Notes under the pieces: model-generated | Databases searched by the model: none | The model's input: only the letters and a program-made list of their open reading frames with translations | Told to the model about the DNA's origin: nothing | From: an uncultured delta proteobacterium | GTDB lineage: Bacteria; Myxococcota_A; Polyangia; Palsa-1104 | Assembly (NCBI GenBank): GCA_963785725.1 | Contig: CAWAWS010000033.1 | Coordinates: forward strand, 1-64,000 | Length of the DNA: 64,000 nucleotides | Direction: 5' to 3' | In this document: positions 59,677 through 64,000 of the stretch, piece after piece | Numbering within the stretch: position 1 is the stretch's first letter | Layout: each line of letters begins with the position of its first letter | Program-made: the position numbers and the translations under genes

Positions 59677-61731
59677 CTATGATCGGCGCCGCAGCGACAG
59701 CGGATTGACGTCTTGCGTCGCGATCCCCAGCTCGCGCAGCAGACGATCGAGCTGTTGCCGCGCGACGGGATGGTAGCCGTCGCGAAAGCGTCGCCACCAG
59801 CCGCCGACACGAGCGCGCGTCGCCGGATTGCGCGCCAAGGCCAAATACAGCGGCCGCAAGAACTTGACGCGACCGCCGCCGCGCTCGCCGGCGCCGTCGA
59901 GCGCAGACTCGACGACGTCGAGTGCCGGCGCGTAGTCGCTCTCGATCGCCAACGGCAACCACGCGGCGCGCACCTCGGCGTTGTCGGTCGCGGTAAGGTT
60001 GAACCATTGATCGAGCGTCGCGCACAACGACGATGGACGCGGCAAACCGTCGAGGTACCAGCGCCATTGCCACGGGTCCCAGGTCGCCGCATCGTCGCGC
60101 GCCGGCAACCTGTCGAGCGCTGACGCCGAGCGGGACGCGCCCAGATCCGTCGTATCGCCCGCCGGAGCCGCGGTATCTGACGATTCCGCTCGCGACGACG
60201 ACGCGCCAACGCTCGCTTCGGTCGATGCAGCCGCACTCGCGTCGGTCGACGCGGTTGCGCGCCCGCCGCCCGACGCAACTGCAGCCCGGTCGCTCGATGC
60301 GTCAATTTGGTCGCCCGATGCGGTCGCACTTCGGTCGCTCGACGTGTCCGCAATTCGGTCGCTCGACGCGGCTGCGGCTCCATCCATTGCCGTCGCAGCA
60401 ACCGCGCTCATCAGTGCGCCGGCCACGCCGGACCCCGTCGCGGACGTGGCGCTGGCCGGCAGTCCCGATTGGTTCAACCATTCGTCGACCCGGAATTCTG
60501 GCGCGGCCGCCGCGACGAAGGCCGCTAGCTCCTCCGACGTGATGACGCGACCGGCGAGATCGACGATCCAAGCGCGTAGCCAACGATCGAAGCGGTCGCG
60601 GCCGAGGTGCTCCTCGAGCGCGCACAAAAAGAGGTAACCCTTTTCATAAGGGACGATCGAGAGCGCATCGTCGGGATCGAGACCTTCGAGGTGCGTCCGC
60701 AGCCGCGTCAGCTCCGGCCGCGCGCCGAACGCGACCAGCGCACGATCGAGCTCGCGACGACCGATCGCCGCTTGCAGTCGTGCCGCCGCTGCGCCCGCGA
60801 GCTGCTCGGCCAACCGACGCTCCGCATACACGGCGAAACCTTCGTTGATCCACAGATGCTCGGCCGACGCCGCGCCGACGAGGTTGCCGAACCAGGCGTG
60901 GCAGAGCTCGTGCGCAACGACGCCGAGCAGCGCGCCATCACGCGTCAGCAGCGACGGCGAGAGGAACGTCAGCTGTGGATTCTCCATGCCGCCGTAGGGA
61001 AACGAGGGCGGCGCGATCCACAGGTCGAAGCGCGGCCAGCGATAGGGACCGAGCAAGGCTTCGGCCGCGTGCAGCGTGCGGCCGATGACGGCGAGCACGC
61101 GCGCCGCCTCGTCGATCCGCGCCGGCGCCGCCCAGACGCGCATGCGCGGCGTCAGGTCGCGCGCGACGAAATCGCCGACCGCCAGCGCCAACAGATAGGG
61201 CGCGATTGGTTCAACCATTTCGTACGTCGTTGTTGCGTCGTCGGCGCTCTCGACGCGCGCGACGAACGCGCCGGCCAGGAGCGTCGTCAGCGCGCGCGGC
61301 ACCGTGACCTCGGCGCGCATCGTCAGCCGGGCCGACGGCGAGTCCGGCAGCGGCACGAGCGTACGCGCCTGAATCGGCTGGCACTGGCTGTAGACCAATT
61401 GGTTTAACCATTGCAGCGCGGTCGCAGTGGGCGAGGTGCGATAGACGATGCGCACCGTATGCGCCCGCCCGCGCTCGACGCGCAATCGGCGGCCCAGGAA
61501 CGGATGCGGCGGACTCAGCTCGAACGGCAGCGCCGCGCCCTCGCCGTCGTCGATGCTGACGATATCGAGCTCGCGCGTGTCTAGGTCGACGAAGTCGCCG
61601 GCGCCGTCGACGCGAAGGCAGGCTTCGGCGGCGAGGGTGCGGCTGGCGAAATCGACGCGCACGCGCCAGTCGAGGTGGCGGACGCGCGGCTGCGCGTCGT
61701 CGAACACGGAGTGCGGATCGGGACGCGGCAC
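59677..61731 (-). CDS. M1 aminopeptidase, leukotriene-A4-hydrolase-like, with an Ala/Ser/Asp repeat insert
   Basis: RPDPHS, SQCQ, FPYGGMENP, HELCH-x18-E (WINEGF) and PYEKG. SSDR repeats at ~60115-60440. Confidence 0.9.
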   Translation of the reverse strand: MPRPDPHSVFDDAQPRVRHLDWRVRVDFASRTLAAEACLRVDGAGDFVDLDTRELDIVSIDDGEGAALPFELSPPHPFLGRRLRVERGRAHTVRIVYRTSPTATALQWLNQLVYSQCQPIQARTLVPLPDSPSARLTMRAEVTVPRALTTLLAGAFVARVESADDATTTYEMVEPIAPYLLALAVGDFVARDLTPRMRVWAAPARIDEAARVLAVIGRTLHAAEALLGPYRWPRFDLWIAPPSFPYGGMENPQLTFLSPSLLTRDGALLGVVAHELCHAWFGNLVGAASAEHLWINEGFAVYAERRLAEQLAGAAAARLQAAIGRRELDRALVAFGARPELTRLRTHLEGLDPDDALSIVPYEKGYLFLCALEEHLGRDRFDRWLRAWIVDLAGRVITSEELAAFVAAAAPEFRVDEWLNQSGLPASATSATGSGVAGALMSAVAATAMDGAAAASSDRIADTSSDRSATASGDQIDASSDRAAVASGGGRATASTDASAAASTEASVGASSSRAESSDTAAPAGDTTDLGASRSASALDRLPARDDAATWDPWQWRWYLDGLPRPSSLCATLDQWFNLTATDNAEVRAAWLPLAIESDYAPALDVVESALDGAGERGGGRVKFLRPLYLALARNPATRARVGGWWRRFRDGYHPVARQQLDRLLRELGIATQDVNPLSLRRRS

Positions 61732-62137
61732 GCCGGCAGTGTAGCGCGCCGCGACCACGCCTGTCGCATCGCCGCGCAGCCGCGATCGTCTTCGAGTGCG
61801 TATGCCGCATCGTCGCGCATTGGCGACCGCTCTCGACCGCGGGCGCCGCATCGTCGCGCGCCGGCGATTCCGCGTGCCAGATGGACGAAACCCGCGTGAT
61901 CAGCTGCATCGAGCAATGGTTAAACCAATCGAGGGAATGGTTTAACCATTGCTCGGCGGGCGGTCGAAAAAGATGCTGACAGCGACGAATCGTCGATCGC
62001 GCGCCGCGATCTGCGACGGCCCATCGATCGCCGGTCACAGCGGGCCGGCCCTGCGGCCGCGCCACCGCCGACCGTGCTGCCGCTACCGATTGCCTGCCGG
62101 ACGAGCAGCGTCTTCCGTTACGCTTATATGTCCTGCG

Positions 62138-63268
62138 ATGGCAACGCGTCGTCAGCACATCTTGCTCGTCCCCGGCTTCTTCGGCTTCGCCAACCTCGGC
62201 GATTTCGCCTATTTCGCGCACGTCCGCGATTTCCTCGTCACGTTCATGCGCCAACGCGACCTCGAGGGCGAAGTGCGCGTCGTGCAGACGTATCCGACCG
62301 CGTCGCTGGCTCGCCGCGCGACGCGCGTCGCCGAGACGGTGGCCGAGCTGCTCGACGACGACGACGGCGACGTTCACCTCATTGGCCACTCGTCGGGCGG
62401 CCTCGACGTGCGCCTCTTCACCGCGCCCAACGTCTCTCTGCCCACGACGCTCGACGTCGACAAATATGCCTGTCGCGTCAAAACCGTCGTCTCGCTCTCG
62501 TCGCCGCACCGCGGCTCGCCGCTGGCGACGTTCCTGTCGAGCGTCCTCGGCGCGCAGCTCTTGCGCGTCATCTCGCTGGTCACGATTTACACGCTGCGCG
62601 GCGGGCGCGTGCCGATCGCCGCCGTGTTTCATCTCGTGCGCCTGTTGTCGCTACCGCGGCTGCCGATGATCGATTCCGGCACGCTGCTCAACAATATCTA
62701 TCGCGATCTCCTGTCCGACTTCTCCCACGATCGCCGCGAAGCGCTCGAGCAGTTCATGATCACCGTCGGCGAGGATCAGGAGCTGCTCGGACAGCTGACA
62801 CCGACGGGGATGGAGACGTTCAACCAATCGACGTTCGATCGTCCCGGCGTGCGTTATGGCTCGGTCGTGACGTGCGCGCGACGGCCGGGCGCGCTGACGG
62901 CGTGGGCGGTCGGCGCGTCACCGCTGCGCCAGACGACGCATTTATTGTTCAACGCGTTTCATCGTCTTACGGCCAATATGTCGTCGATTCCCGTTGGTTT
63001 GACCTATGCGCAGTCGACGGCGTTGACGCGCGCCTACGGCCGACTCCTGGCACCGCGCGACAACGACGGCATGGTCCCGACGCTGTCGCAGGTCTGGGGC
63101 GAAATCATCCACGCGACGTGGGGCGATCACCTCGATGCCATCGGCCACTTCTACTTGCCGTCGCATGTTCCGCCGCACTTCGACTGGCTCAACAGCGGCA
63201 CGCGCTTCTCGATGAGCGACTTCGAGCACATCTGGCGCGACGTCGGCGAATTCTTGGTCGCGAAGTAG
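62138..63268 (+). CDS. Alpha/beta-hydrolase, triacylglycerol lipase-like
   Basis: LVPGFFGF, GHSSGGLD nucleophile elbow, PHRGSPLA, NDGMV and DHLD. Confidence 0.88.
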   Translation: MATRRQHILLVPGFFGFANLGDFAYFAHVRDFLVTFMRQRDLEGEVRVVQTYPTASLARRATRVAETVAELLDDDDGDVHLIGHSSGGLDVRLFTAPNVSLPTTLDVDKYACRVKTVVSLSSPHRGSPLATFLSSVLGAQLLRVISLVTIYTLRGGRVPIAAVFHLVRLLSLPRLPMIDSGTLLNNIYRDLLSDFSHDRREALEQFMITVGEDQELLGQLTPTGMETFNQSTFDRPGVRYGSVVTCARRPGALTAWAVGASPLRQTTHLLFNAFHRLTANMSSIPVGLTYAQSTALTRAYGRLLAPRDNDGMVPTLSQVWGEIIHATWGDHLDAIGHFYLPSHVPPHFDWLNSGTRFSMSDFEHIWRDVGEFLVAK

Positions 63269-63274
63269 CGGGCC

Positions 63275-63760
63275 AATTGGTTAAACCAATGCGTGCACGC
63301 CAATGCGCGCGAGCCGCGACCGCGGCCACGCAGCTGCACGCCGCGTCGTAATCAGCCGAAACGGCCTAACCAATCGCGGGCGTCGTTGAGCCAGTCGCGC
63401 GTGTGGTCAAACCAATCGCTTGCGTCGCAAAACCAGTAGCAGCCTCGTACCAAGCGCGTGTCGTCGTAACCAGTCGCGTGCGTGGTCAACCGGTCGCGTG
63501 CGTGGTCAAACCGGTCGCGTGCGTGGTCAAACCGGTCGCGTGCGTGGTCAAACCGGTCGCGTGGGCGATTAAACCAATCGCGTGCGTGGTCAAACCGGTC
63601 GCGTGCGTGGTCAAACCGGTCGCGTGCGCGGTTAAACCAATCGCGTGCGTCGTAACCAGCCGCGTGGATGTCATCCAGCCGTGTGGATGTCATCCAGCCG
63701 CGTGGATGTCATCCCGCCGCGCTAATGGTTAAACCAATTCAACGAATGGTTAAACCAATC
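63275..63760. repeat. 21-bp tandem array of degenerate palindrome units plus exact copies
   Basis: GCGTGCGTGGTCAAACCGGTC units (~63360-63660). Exact TGGTTAAACCA at 63278, 63726 and 63747. Confidence 0.9.
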
Positions 63761-63796
63761 CTCGCGGCGAGTGCCCGGCGACGATCGGTTGCGGAA

Positions 63797-64000
63797 TCAG
63801 TCGCGGGCGGTGCGGTTCCAGCGTTGCCGACGACGCACGAGCGCGACGAGCGCCGACTTGATCGTCGGTAGCGCGTACAGCGGCGCGGCCAGCACGACAC
63901 GCAGCGGCACTCGGTCATGCGCAAATCGCCACCACGCGGCGACGATCGCCAGCGCGCACGTCGTCATGCCGGCCAAGGCGTACGCAAACGGACGCCAGTC
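63797..64000 (-). CDS. C-terminus of a membrane protein, possibly a GT2 glycosyltransferase (partial)
   Basis: Reads ...AAWWRF...LAAPLYAL...RWNRTARD*. W-x-R-T-x-R tails are common in GT2 enzymes. Confidence 0.55.
   Translation of the reverse strand, partial: DWRPFAYALAGMTTCALAIVAAWWRFAHDRVPLRVVLAAPLYALPTIKSALVALVRRRQRWNRTARD

Noticed and set aside
45603..63757. Palindromes as intrinsic terminators or classical REP elements
   Set aside because: The stems are short and AT-rich with a 1-nt centre and no U-tract. Many copies are inside CDSs and no RAYT transposase is present.

Overview
GC-rich bacterial chromosomal DNA. The gene style (Gly/Cys-rich lipoproteins, TonB receptors, Ser/Thr kinase-AAA-TPR protein, sigma54-type promoters) suggests Myxococcota; this is inference. 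The window has two distinct parts. (1) 1-30 kb is a molybdate/oxyanion uptake and storage neighbourhood: mosA/mosB-like molybdenum storage genes coupled to an ECF T+S-like fusion, modABC, two TonB-dependent receptors, an OprO/P-like porin, a PstS-like binding protein, an ArsB-family permease, a NarL-type two-component system and three 8-Cys lipoproteins. A shared TCCGTA-N4-TACGGA palindrome precedes many of these units. A small island (PAAR-M15 peptidase effector, putative immunity gene, HEPN-like gene) interrupts it and is flanked by a duplicated gene 3' end. (2) 31-64 kb holds mostly housekeeping genes (uup-like ABC-F, purU, thrC, acyl-CoA dehydrogenase, S1 protein, two M1 peptidases, folA, thyA, FHA-coiled-coil protein, lipase). 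The strongest signal is an AT-rich palindrome, WTGGTTNAACCAW. I counted 32 exact TGGTTNAACCA copies plus many near-matches by eye, all beyond ~40 kb and none seen in 1-40 kb. Copies lie between and inside genes, in exact 21-bp doublets, and in 21- and 43-bp tandem arrays, which suggests a chromosome-domain protein-binding site field. Several genes at 43.7-58.2 kb carry frameshifts that are probably sequencing errors. All assignments come from motif recognition by eye; no database searches were run.
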